A stretch of DNA of 64,000 nt from Octopus sinensis. Its lineage: Eukaryota. The position numbers and the translations under genes were made by a program. The notes below the pieces were generated by a model. It was given only the letters and a program-made list of their open reading frames with translations. It ran no database searches and was not told where the DNA came from. How positions within the stretch are numbered: position 1 is the stretch's first letter; every line of letters starts with the position of its first letter. The stretch is from the NCBI RefSeq assembly GCF_006345805.1, contig NC_043013.1, positions 5,456,001-5,520,000 of the forward strand, given 5' to 3'. Shown here piece after piece: positions 51,273 to 62,757 of this stretch.

Positions 51273-53118
51273 CTCATCGAACCAAGAAAGTACTCAACAA
51301 TACTTGTCGGTGGCTGTTTTTAGTGTTGTGAAAAGAAGAAAAGAAATGTATTTGATTGTGTCTACGCTGCTTCATTTGAGTTCAGTGCCACTGTATGGGC
51401 TGACCAAAGTCTTGTGAATGGATTTGGTGGATGGAAACTGAAAGAAGCCCATTCTGTGTGTGTGTGTGTGTGTATGTCTTTGTTTTGACATTGTGTGATA
51501 GTACAACCAAGTACCACTATCATAGAAGTGGTGGCCTTCATTTTTAGTCTTCTGTGAAAGTATGTCCAGCAATGAGGAAACATTGCCTTCATTGGAAACA
51601 GATGCGCATTGGGAACAAGAAGGGCGTCTGGTTGTAGAAAATCTGCCTCAATGAATTCCATCCAACTCATGTGAGTACAGAAAAGTGAATGTTAAAATGA
51701 TGATGAGGATGATGTTGATGATATTGGTTTTAGAATTGATACATCATTTGCCCCTGTGATCTGAAAGTCTAATTAAAAGTGTTGGAATCATGAAGGGCAA
51801 TCTGACCATAAAAAAAAGAACAGGTTCAGAAAAACTGTCTAACCCTTTCCAACACAGAAAAATACACACACACACACACGCGCGCACACAATGGGCTTCC
51901 ACACAGTTTTCATCTACCCAATACATTCACAAGGGATTGGTTAGCCTTGGTCTATGGTAGAAGATACTTGCTCAAGATGCCATGCAGTGGGACTGAACTC
52001 AAAGCCACGTGGTTGCAAAGCGATCTTCACACAGCCATGCATTTTTTTGTTTTAACAAGAGTGTTAAGTGGGGTGGGATAAATGGTAGAATAATGGTGAA
52101 ATATCTTGAATGAAGATGGGGTTGGGAGTAAATCATAGAGTATTAGTTGAGAATCATTAAGTGTTTGTTTGACTTGCTAGAAATAACAGCCAAATTTTCT
52201 TTAGATTACATTCTCCTGGCTGATGAAAGGGGCACCTTGGATATTGTGATTCTAGATACACTGTCTGAAAAACAACAAACGAAGATGGTCATGATTTGAG
52301 TTATGATTCAAAAGGCGTTCCCACCGTGACCATCTCATCTTTGTTGGGTATGTTTGATCATTACTGACCATGGGGTTGAGCAACAATCGACAAAATGATC
52401 ACAACACAGCTTTAAACATACCACCACCACCACCATCAACAAAGAAGGATATACTTCTTAAATATTACCCCCTTCCCTCAAACAAAAGAAAGCTTCTACA
52501 TGGTTCTCATCTTGCTAGAAATAGCACCCAATCCCCTCTTCCAAATTATACCGTACTATCGTAAATAACGAAATACATTGAACGACGTAGTCCACATTAT
52601 ACTTACTTATAAAAAGATGGGATGGTCAGAGCTGGAACGCCTTTGATCGAGGACAATAACACCAGGATATCAATATTACACCTCTGGCACGCTATTGTAC
52701 ATATTGACTCTCAATGTCAACAAATCTGGGTCAAGATATACGGAAGGACACTGTAGTGGAGGGGGGAGGTATGACGTAGGCGCGAAACGCCAGTTCTCAC
52801 CTGTACTCTTACCTCTCCTCACTTTGTACACATACACCCCCTCGTCTCATCTATATAAGGGAGACTACTACTAGAGTTCGTTACGTAAGTCAGCGTGCAC
52901 GTGCAGATGTGCATGTGATGCATTTGCGTGTGTATGTGAGTATGTGTAAGTGTGTGTGTAAGATTTTGGCGTGGCGTGTGTGTGCATGTAGCAAATTGTA
53001 TCTGTATGGTTTATTGTAAGGTGAATGTTATGCAAAAGCTAGTGTATGGTGTTTGGTGTGTATAACGGGCGTGTGGCGACTGATGTGTATAACAGACTGT
53101 TAACTGGTGTATATGACA

Positions 53119-53355
53119 AGGCGGCAAGCTGGCAGAGTCGTTAGCATGCCGGACGAAATGCTTAGCAGTATTTCGTCTGCCGTCACGTTCTGAGTTCAAA
53201 TTCCGCCGAGGTCGACTTTGCCTTTCATCCATTCGGGGTCTATAAATAAAGTACCAGTTACGCACCGGGGGTCGATATAATCGACTTAATCCGTTTGTCT
53301 GTCTGTCCTTGTTTGTCCCCTCTGTGTTTAGCCCCTTGTGGGTAGTAAACAAATA
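53119..53355 (+). mobile_element. SINE family B inserted in the degenerate edge of the minisatellite
   Basis: Flanking GGTGTATATGACA at 53106-53118 and 53356-53368. Confidence 0.9.
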
Positions 53356-53369
53356 GGTGTATATGACAG

Positions 53370-54200
53370 ACTCAGTGTTAACTAGTGTGCATGTCAGACT
53401 GTGTTAACTGGTGTGTTTGACAGACTCCGTGTTAACTAGTTGTATGACAGACCGTGTGTTAACTGATATGTTTGACAGACCGTGTGTTAACTGATATGTT
53501 TGACAGACCGTGTGTTAACTGATATGTTTGACAGACCGTGTGTTAACTGGTATGTTTGACAGACCGTGTGTTAACTGGTATGTTTGACAGACCGTGTGTT
53601 AACTGATATGTTTGACAGACCGTGTGTTAACTGGTATGTTTGACAGACCGTGTGTTAACTGGTATGTTTGACAGACTCCGTGTTAACTGATATGTTTGAC
53701 AGACCGTGTGTTAACTGGTATGTTTGACAGACCGTGTGTTAACTGGTATGTTTGACAGACCGTGTGTTAACTGATATGTTTGACAGACCGTGTGTTAACT
53801 GATATGTTTGACAGACCGTGTGTTAACTGGTATGTTTGACAGACCGTGTGTTAACTGGTATGTTTGACAGACCGTGTGTTAACTGATATGTTTGACAGAC
53901 CGTGTGTTAACTTGTATGTTTGACAGACCGTGTGTTAACTGATATGTTTGACAGACCGTGTGTTAACTGGTATGTTTGACAGACCGTGTGTTAACTGGTA
54001 TGTTTGACAGACCGTGTGTTAACTGGTATGTTTGACAGACTCCGTGTTAACTGGTATGTTTGACAGACCGTGTGCTAACTGATATGTTTGACAGACCGTG
54101 TGTTAACTGATATGTTTGACAGACCGTGTGTTAACTGGTATGTTTGACAGACCGTGTTAACTGGTGTGTTTTCGTGTATGACAGACTCCGTGTTAACTAG
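53370..54200. repeat. 28-bp minisatellite, about 25 near-perfect units
   Basis: Unit TGACAGACCGTGTGTTAACTG(A/G)TATGTT; degenerate units extend from about 53040 to 54420. Confidence 0.95.
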
Positions 54201-54499
54201 TGTGTATGACAGACAGTTAAATGTTGTGTATGACAGACACTGTATATGTTAAATGATGTGTACGCCAGATTGTGCGTAGTCTCTAGTGTATATAACAGAC
54301 TAGTGATAGGTGTATACAACAGATTGTATTTGTATTAACTGGTGTGTACAACACGTCATGCGTAGTAGCTGGTGTATATGTATAACAGACCGTGTTTAGT
54401 GGATGGTGTGTATAACTTCACGCTGTGACCAGGTTATATAAAGTACAATGAAAACAGTAAAAGCGAATATAATAGTGCGTGTGCATTTTTAAGGACTAC

Positions 54500-54850
54500 A
54501 ATTGACTCTATCACGATGTGTTGTTGGTGATGGTGGTGGTATTGGTGGTGATGGTAATGGTGTTGTTGTTGTTTTAGTGGAGTTAATGTTGTTGTTGTTG
54601 CAGTGGTGGAGGTGGAGGAGGTAGCGGTGTAATTGCGACGAAGTTTTACTGGTGTTTCCGTTACTGTTGTTGATGGTGGTGACGACGACGATGATGGTGG
54701 TGGAGTTGATGGTTGAGTCAGTGACAACGACGATGATGGAGACGATTCGGATGACGACGACGATAACGATGATGATAGCAGTGTTAATGGCGGTGGCGCC
54801 ACCGATGATGATTGTTTTGTTAAGCTCTCTGCTGCTGCCGCCGCCCAGTC
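54500..54850. repeat. Compound (GGT/GAT/GTT)n triplet tract
   Basis: Direct reading. Confidence 0.85.
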
Positions 54851-55260
54851 GTCATTTCAGAAAGAACGAACAGTTTTTTAAGTGATGGTGATGTCATTCA
54901 CGTGTGATCTCTTTCATTCACTTATTTATTTATATTTATTACATAATTTACTTAACGTGTTTACGGCGAAGCGTGAAGGTTGCGACAGAACCGCGCACCC
55001 ACTCGTACTAACTACTCTCACTCCAAAATACTCTTCTCACGGGAAAGGTGTGAGCATCACAACAAGTAACTTCCTATGAGTTTTATCATCTTTAAGTATA
55101 GCACTTTGTTTTTTAATAAATCTATAGAGGCGAGAGGCAGAAGAGTTATGATCCTTCTCGCAGGCTATTCGGTTAATGTGGCCGATACACAACCCGGGAC
55201 ATCTATAAGAAAGGCTGAAGACGCTCGACCTTTATTCTCTACAAAAACAACGACGCCGTG

Positions 55261-55612
55261 CTGATCTCATTCTTGCTCACAACATCATAAGCGGAAAGTG
55301 TAACCCCTCGAAAGAGCTGTTCTTCACTCCTGCTCCAGAGCGTCGGCTGCGGGGTCACTCCGAAAAGCTCTATCTGCGACGATTTCATCTTAATCGAAGG
55401 AGAGGGGCTTTCTCCGTCCGGGTTGCGGATCCGTGGAATAAGCTGCCGGACGAGATAGTGAATATGCCGACGACCGCTCGGTTCAAAGTCTCTCTTGACC
55501 AGAAATGGCCTGAACTCTTTGCATGAACACCCTCCCTGTACATAACTCCATGTCCCCCTACATGGCCTTGCTTTTTGAGCCAAAAAAATTAACTTAACTT
55601 AACATTAACTTA
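55261..55612 (+). mobile_element. 5'-truncated CR1 LINE (second family)
   Basis: DLILAHNII..RRLRGHSEKL..FSVRVADPWNKLPDEIV..FKVSLD; (AACTT)n tail. Confidence 0.9.
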
Positions 55613-56377
55613 AGTGAATGTATGCGGAATAAATTTGTACAGAGAGGAACCTGGTGTCCGGTGCGAATAAATATCTGTGGAGGAGTGAATGTATAATATA
55701 TGAACAGTGGTCGACACATTGCGATACTAAAATGGCTTGGAAAAGCCATTAGGAGGAAAGAGGCTGAACAAAAATTTGAAAACCATCACTAGTTGTGATG
55801 ATAGCGTCCCACCACTCACATCTTGGGCACATTTTACTATCATTGTTAGTATGCGGGCGCGCGTGAAATGTATGTATATATATGGTCCGGCAGGGTAGCT
55901 GCTTTATAATCGCTTGACCTTCCAGAAATAACAGCCAAATCGCACCCTGCTGTTATATAAAATCTTTTGTTGTTACTTTATATATATATATATATTCTTT
56001 TCGGCCATTTGACTGCAGCCATATTGGAGCACCGCCTTTAGTCGAACAAATTGACCCCAGGACTTATTCTTTGTAAGCCTAGTACTTATTATATCGGTCG
56101 CTTTTGCCGAACTTCTAAGTTACGGGGACATAAACACACCAACATCGGTTGTCAAGTGATGGTAGGGGATAAACGTATATATATATGACAGGCTTCTTTC
56201 AGTTTCCGCCTATCAAATCCACACAGGCTCTTTGGTCGGCCCGAGGTTATAGTAGAAGACACTTGCTCAAGGTGCCACGCAGTGGGACTGAACCCAGAAC
56301 CATGATAGGATCTGTTAAGTCATTTTAAAGTCAAGTTGTGTGGTATCATGGCCCATTCAAGTAGGGAGTTGTTTGTT

Positions 56378-56635
56378 CAGTGGCAGACTGGGTCTAAAAA
56401 TATTGGTTGCCAAGAGGCTAAGGGGTCCCACCCGCAACTACGATGCTATAATTTAATTATTTTTTTGTTAGAAGTATTTTTTTCAACTGTCTACAAACAC
56501 AGTCAGGCTAAAATAATTCATGCATTCTTCCAGGAGTGAATAAAAATTCTCAAACGAGCCCCCATATATGGATTCTAATGGCGCAGGGGCCCACTTTCCA
56601 TCGGGCAAGCTGGCAACCTGGCCAGTCCGCCATTG
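56378..56635. mobile_element. hAT-type MITE
   Basis: CAGTGGCAGACTGG / CCAGTCCGCCATTG; TSD TGTTTGTT/TATTTGTT. Confidence 0.75.
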
Positions 56636-57930
56636 TATTTGTTATTGACCGAGATGTCTCCAGTTATAGATGGCTTATCTGGTATCCCTTGAAGAAAATT
56701 GCCCAAGTTTCGTTTGAAGGGGCTGAGATCTTTTTCTTAGATTTGTTTTGGGACAATATTACATAGAACAGGCCCTGCTGAAGAAAACAAATTGTGTTGC
56801 AGTGAATTTGTGTGTTGTGATCTTGAATTGTGTAAAGGACGTATAGCACGTGATCCCAGCCTTGGATGAATTCAGAATCTAATGTTAAGGTCTTCTGGGC
56901 AATGTGTAGACTCAGAAAAATATCTAGTGACGCTGAAATAAAAGACTACAGTGAGTTTGATCATGGATATGAGCTGGCCTGGGGCTAAACCGTGCCATTT
57001 TAAGGTATGGGCTCACTGGGCAGTTGCTCGGGGGCCGCACGAGTCCACGGGCCCAATTCTTCTAACCTACATATGATTGGTTTGCTGTCAAATAAATTAC
57101 TGTACAGCCCATTTCATTGATATGCCCGGGGCCTCGCAGGTCTACGGACTCAATTCTGATCTATGTATGGTGTAGTTTGCTGTTACTAAATAAAACTATA
57201 AGGGCCGGTGTATTGATGTGAGCGGGGCCCCTCTAAACAACATCAACAACGACAGTCAACGCGAAAGAAAGCTTGTATTTGGACGTTGAATCTGTGAGAA
57301 ATAGCAGCTAAATTTCTCTGATATCGCAGTCTTTCGTGTTTACCTGTGTGTTTGTTCAGTTAGTTGTGATGGTAGGTATGTGTGAGCGGAGGCAGGCGAT
57401 GTTTATTCGGGTGGAGTATTATTTGAAACAAACAGTGGCTATCTAATTCTTCTTGGGTGAGAAATGGGGGGTGGAGAAAAAGAGGGTAGTTGGTTCTGTT
57501 TCGTATTGAAATGCTCGCTGGTAGAAAGGCGACGGCCTGCAACGGAAACGAAGTTACCGCAGCAGTAATTTTTGGCTGCTGAAAATAAAACAAGAATTAA
57601 GATGATGATGGTGGAGAGAGTTGGCTTGTGCTGTGTTAGTCAGCTGTTTGTATGTCATAAATATTTATTGTCCTATGGTTGTTTGTCCTACATTTTGAAC
57701 TTCTTACTCTTCCTCCTCCTCCTCCTCTGTCATACACTGTTATTCCTCTCTCCACTCCTCTTGTTTTAAGAGTACATTCGTAAAACGATAAGATTCCCGC
57801 CATATTAACATCATTTCTAACTGCCGACACCGAATGTCAACAAACACGTCATATTTACTGTAAAAAGTTAATTGTACTGCTATTTGTTGTTGTTATTGAT
57901 ATTGTCGTTGTTATCGGTGTTGTTTAAGCC

Positions 57931-58294
57931 CTTGGTCAGCTCTGATCGAGTAGATATTTCGATTAAAAAAACATTCCAGAGGTGACCATCCACATCGTTT
58001 CTTTTTTTAAATTTTTTTTTTTTACTTCTTGTTTGTTTCCTTTTGGTATTCTTACGATTTATGACCGGAGATTTAAAGTGAAAAATTATTGTAAGCAATC
58101 TGCTTTAATATTTTGGAGAATAAAAAATATCTAAAATTTCAGAAAAAGAAAGCCTTCTTTTTGCAGAATCGTACGTAATTTTAAATTTGGAATACCTAAG
58201 TAAAAAACAAAAAAAAAAAACGAAAAAAGATGTGGATGGTCATCTCTGGAATGGCATTTTAATCGAAAAATCTGCTGGATCAGAGCTGACGAAT
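57931..58294. mobile_element. Inverted-repeat element with arms of about 65 bp
   Basis: GTCAGCTCTGATC..CATTCCAGAGGTGACCATCCACATC mirrored at the right end. Confidence 0.55.
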
Positions 58295-59373
58295 ATAAGT
58301 ACTAATTGCGTACTGGGATCGATCTAATCGATTGGCCCCTCCTTATCCAAAAAAAATTTCGGGTCTTGTGCCTAGAGTAGAAAAGAATAATAATTCTTAA
58401 TAATTTAGCTACAAGGCCAACAATTTTAAGAAAATAATCGCAACACTTGACAGGTACTTTATTTTACCGGCTCCGAAATGTATGAAAAGCGAAGTTGCCC
58501 TCGGCGAGAATTGAACTCGGAACAAAGAGTGCATTGAATTTTCTCCGGCATTAATAATGTATGTATTTTAGCACGTGTAAAAGAATCAACCAATTTATTT
58601 ACCATTTTGGGGAAATTATGTTTTGGAATTTAAACTCTTGGGTGCCCTAAAGAGTGTGACAAGGTGGGGCTTTTTGATTTACAGGTAACAGTTCATTTGG
58701 CCGGCTTCTACATAATTTCTCCATCTACCTAGTTTTGCTCAGTTAAAAAACCAAAAAACTCAGTTAAAAAACCAAAAACAAAAAACACTCCCTTAGACAT
58801 CACGTATTGGGATTGAACCCGGGACCAGATGGTTGTGAAAGCAAACTTCTTAATCACTCAACTTTACAAATGTTTGACGTGTCCTTTCCTCGTTTTGAAA
58901 CAGCGGAATATGATTTGAGAGAGATTTAACTGTTATTTCTAGTATTTCAGCGATAACATGACAACGCGCTCCCTAGTTGGTGTTTGTCATTGTTTTTGAT
59001 GTTAACGGTTGCTGATGTCTCTGTTATTGATATATATGTATATATATATATATATAATATACATACATACGCGCATGCATGCATGCATGCATGCATACAT
59101 ACATGCATGTATGCATGCATAGATAGATAGGTAGATAGATATATGGTGGTTGGCTGCTCCTTATGCAGAGTCTGGCAACCTCTTGTACTTAAATCTTAGA
59201 TCCATCATGGCGTCTGATGTGGCTTTTTAAACCAGACAATGTTTTGAAAAGATACCCACATAGATTGCATGTCTGATTTGGACCACCAAATACACACACA
59301 CAAACACAAAGTTGTTTACATCAATCATAGTCGTAATGTTTTATGAATACTTAACATATTATATACCCATCTG

Positions 59374-59418
<45 letters not shown>

Positions 59419-60284
59419 TTCTATCTATCTATCTATCTGTTTGTCTATCTATCTGTCTATCTATCTATCTATCTATGTAGCTATCTATTTATCTGTCTGC
59501 CTATCTATCTTTGTCCCCTCTCTGTTCAGCCCTGTGTAGCTAATAAAGAAACATATCTATCTATCCAGCCATGTGTGTGCGCATGCGCACATACATATCG
59601 ACACATACGTTGTTAAGTGCATCGTTGTGTCTATCACGTGGTTATGTTTTTCTGGGTCTGTCGTCGTTGATGCGTTGGATGCTCTCTTTCCCCCTCATGT
59701 ATTGTTGCTTAACCTAAATTGGTCCTGATTATACAAACCTATGTTCAAATGCATTTCAGCCTTGACCGTACCGCCTTTTTATTTTTTCTATGTACTGTGT
59801 ATTCCGTCTCACTATACCCAATGTGTCTATCTTTTTTTTTTAAAGACAGTGTGATGTAATTGGATGGAGACTTAGCTGTTATTTCTAGCACGTCAAATGA
59901 CCATCTGGAACAGTCGTTCTCAGCCATTTTTTTTAACATACTCTTTTACTTGTTTCAGTCATTTGACTGCGGCCATGCTGGAGCACCGCCTTTAATCGAG
60001 CAATTCGACCCCGGGACTTATTCTTTTTGTAAGCCCAGTACTTATTCTATCGGTCTCTTTTGCCGAACCGCTAAGTAACGGGGACATAAACACACCAGCA
60101 TCGGTTGTCAAGCGATGCTAGGAGGACAAACACAGACACACAAACATATACATACACATACATACATACATACATATATATATATACCGGAGTAAACACA
60201 TAAATGTGAAACAAGGTGGAAAAAAGAGTACTCAAATACCAGTGGTAGAGTAATATGCTTTATTTAAAGCAGCAGAAAATTCAA

Positions 60285-60334
60285 CAAAATCTGTTACTCT
60301 GAGTTTCCCGTCGCCGTTCATCGGACAGTTTTTT
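60285..60334 (-). ncRNA. Type-I hammerhead motif, left arm
   Basis: Minus strand AAAAACTGT-CCGATGA-ACGGCGACGG-GAAA-CTCAGAG-TA-ACAGATTTTG. Confidence 0.6.
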
Positions 60335-60342
60335 CTAGAATA

Positions 60343-60394
60343 GCAAAAACTGTCCGATGAACGGCAACGGGAAACTCAGAGTAACAGATTTTGC
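60343..60394 (+). ncRNA. Type-I hammerhead motif, right arm
   Basis: Helix I GCAAAAACTGT/ACAGATTTTGC (10/11); core CCGATGA (U4C); helix II ACG-GCAA-CGG; GAAA; helix III ACTC-A-GAGT; GUA (cleavage after 60383); AATAAA at 60413. Confidence 0.65.
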
Positions 60395-60880
60395 TGAATT
60401 TTTTGCTGCTTTAATAAAGTATATATATATATATATACATATATACGACAGGCTTCTTTCAGTTTCCGTCTACCAAATCCACTCACAAGGCATTGGTCGG
60501 CCCGGGGCTATAGCAGAAGACACTTGCCCAAGATGTCACGCAGTGGGACTGAACCCGGAACCATGTGGTTGGTTAGCAAGCTACTTACCACAGCTACTCC
60601 TGCGCCTACATATGGACCGCTTTGATTCCAATTTTACTAGGGTGGACCCCTATAAGCATTCTGTGTTTCAAAACCCCAGTTATATTTTTATAATCAGATA
60701 TTATTAGGGATCGTATATTAAAAAGCATTTTTTGTATTGTAAAAGTATGGCGGATTTATTGCACATAAACTTTAACAACAAAATCTTCTATGCTCTCCCC
60801 CTCCCGCAAGGGTTAGACTGTAGGGTCTCCCTATTGAGAAACACTGACCTTGACTCTATGGAGTTTTCTTAAGTGGCTCA

Positions 60881-60921
<41 letters not shown>

Positions 60922-61470
60922 CATCTGTCTCCGGCGATCATTCGGTACAAATGTCCAGCTGGACGTGTCGAACAGGTGAACACTCCATCGCTTTATTTAC
61001 CCATTAAAAAAAAAAAGAACTTTCGATTCCTGTGTTTCCAATAACGTAGATTACGATACAGTAAATACTTTTCAAATTTTTAATCCCCACCTCTTCAAGT
61101 TTTTGTTTTTAAACTCTTCTCAGAAAAGTTTTTTTGGGGGGTGGGGTGGGGTGATGGAGTTGGGTATACCACACGTATTTAAGAATATGGAGATTACGAG
61201 TCTGATATTTTCCCCCAAATTATCAACGACAGTTTCTTACGATAATTTTTTTTTTCTTGAAATTTATGATTGTAAAACCAAAAGATGGTTTGAGTTTCAA
61301 GTCGACTTCATCAAATTTGGATTCAAGACTTTTTGAGGCAGAACTTCCGTCTCGCGACGACAAAATGCGAAACCGTAATAGTGGATGGAATTGCATCATT
61401 GCTTGAACTCGAGTTTCCAGAATATCTACTAATGGCGATCTTTGAGAAATTCAATAGATTTTTCCTACCA

Positions 61471-61893
61471 GAAACATGGAAGATCCTGGAAGGAATTGTG
61501 CCAAATTTTGGCATTGCTACACCAATGCTAGAACGGGACGACACTGCATAGTGCCAAAGATCCCAGCAATGCCATCACGCTTCAGGACCAGCTTCTGCAA
61601 CAGCCTGGGTTTCAAGGGCCCACAGCTTTTTAATATTCTCCAAAGAGTCTGAGGAACTTGCACAAAGTAGATGTAGCGGTTTTTAAATCAAAACTGGACA
61701 TCTTCCTGTCAAGAGTCCCAGATGAACCTACCTCACGGCAAGAGGTGCAAATGAGAGTAGCTATATCAAACTCCATTCTTCACCAAGTACCACAAATTAG
61801 ACGAGGTTCGTCGCAATAACAGTGAAGCACAAAACGGCGGTGCATCAGCATGGCCGCAGCTCTGAGCTGAAACTAGAAAAAAAAAAAAAAAAA
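61471..61893 (+). mobile_element. 3' end of a CR1 LINE (family of 27222-28765)
   Basis: WKILEGIVPNFGI..FKGPQLFN..FKSKLDIFL; shared SINE-A tail then poly(A). Confidence 0.88.
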
Positions 61894-62159
61894 TGGAGCC
61901 TTACTTTTATTCCATGCCACGCTCCTGGTTGGTGGATTCGAGTGACAATTTAGGATATTTTTAAAATTCTTCTATTCTGACTGGCTTCTGTCATTGGATG
62001 GAATACGGTCACGCTGGAGCACCACCTTCAAAGGTTTAAGCCGATCGTATAGAGCTCGTATCGCTTTTTTTGTTTTTTTTTAGAATCTGGTTTAAAACGT
62101 CTTTTTGTCGAACAAGTTACGAGGTCGAAAATGAATGAGCGCAAACGAGGACACAAACT

Positions 62160-62360
62160 ATCAATCACACACACGCACACACACACATACATACATACAT
62201 ACACACACATACATACACACATACATACACACACACATACATCATACATACATACATACATACATACATACATACTCATACATACATACATACATCATAC
62301 ATACATACATACATACATACATCATACATACACACATACATACATACAGACAGACAGACA
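62160..62360. repeat. (ACAT/AC)n microsatellite
   Basis: Direct reading. Confidence 0.9.
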
Positions 62361-62726
62361 AATAAAATTTGAATTTTAAGCCCTTTTATAATGTAAATAT
62401 TATCAATGTAACATACTGAAAATGTTAAACGCTTTTGAATTTTGAGCAACAAGTAATGAACAACACACATACACACACATTCTGTAGATTGGGTTATCCA
62501 AGCTGTGCCCTCTTCAAGCACATCCTCCAATCCGTATGCAGAGATCGTATTTGTGTATTTGTGTGAGGTTTACATCAGAGTTGTAAGTTCTCGAAAATAC
62601 TTTTTGCAGAGTAATTACACATCAAAACAATTTTGTAACTCCCATTAACAAATTAAACATCTGTAATGGTGCCAAAAACATTCCCCAATCCCCTGTATTA
62701 AAGTGTGTGTGTATGTATGTATATAG

Positions 62727-62757
<31 letters not shown>

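Larger units (their letters stand above)
59941..60606 (-). mobile_element. SINE family A with a ribozyme hairpin element inserted in its central microsatellite
   Basis: Tail 59941-60140 and head 60440-60606 closely match the reverse complement of 45008-45420; insert about 60186-60420. Confidence 0.9.

Noticed and set aside
52750-53010. LTR or promoter (TGTAG start, TGACGT, TATATAA)
   Set aside because: No matching CA end with a TSD, and no downstream exon.
53370-54200. CRISPR-like array
   Set aside because: Units are contiguous with no unique spacers, there are no cas genes, and the context is eukaryotic.
61333-61470. FLRQNFRLA as PDK exon 2
   Set aside because: Only superficial similarity, no suitable splice sites, and it runs into a CR1 fragment.
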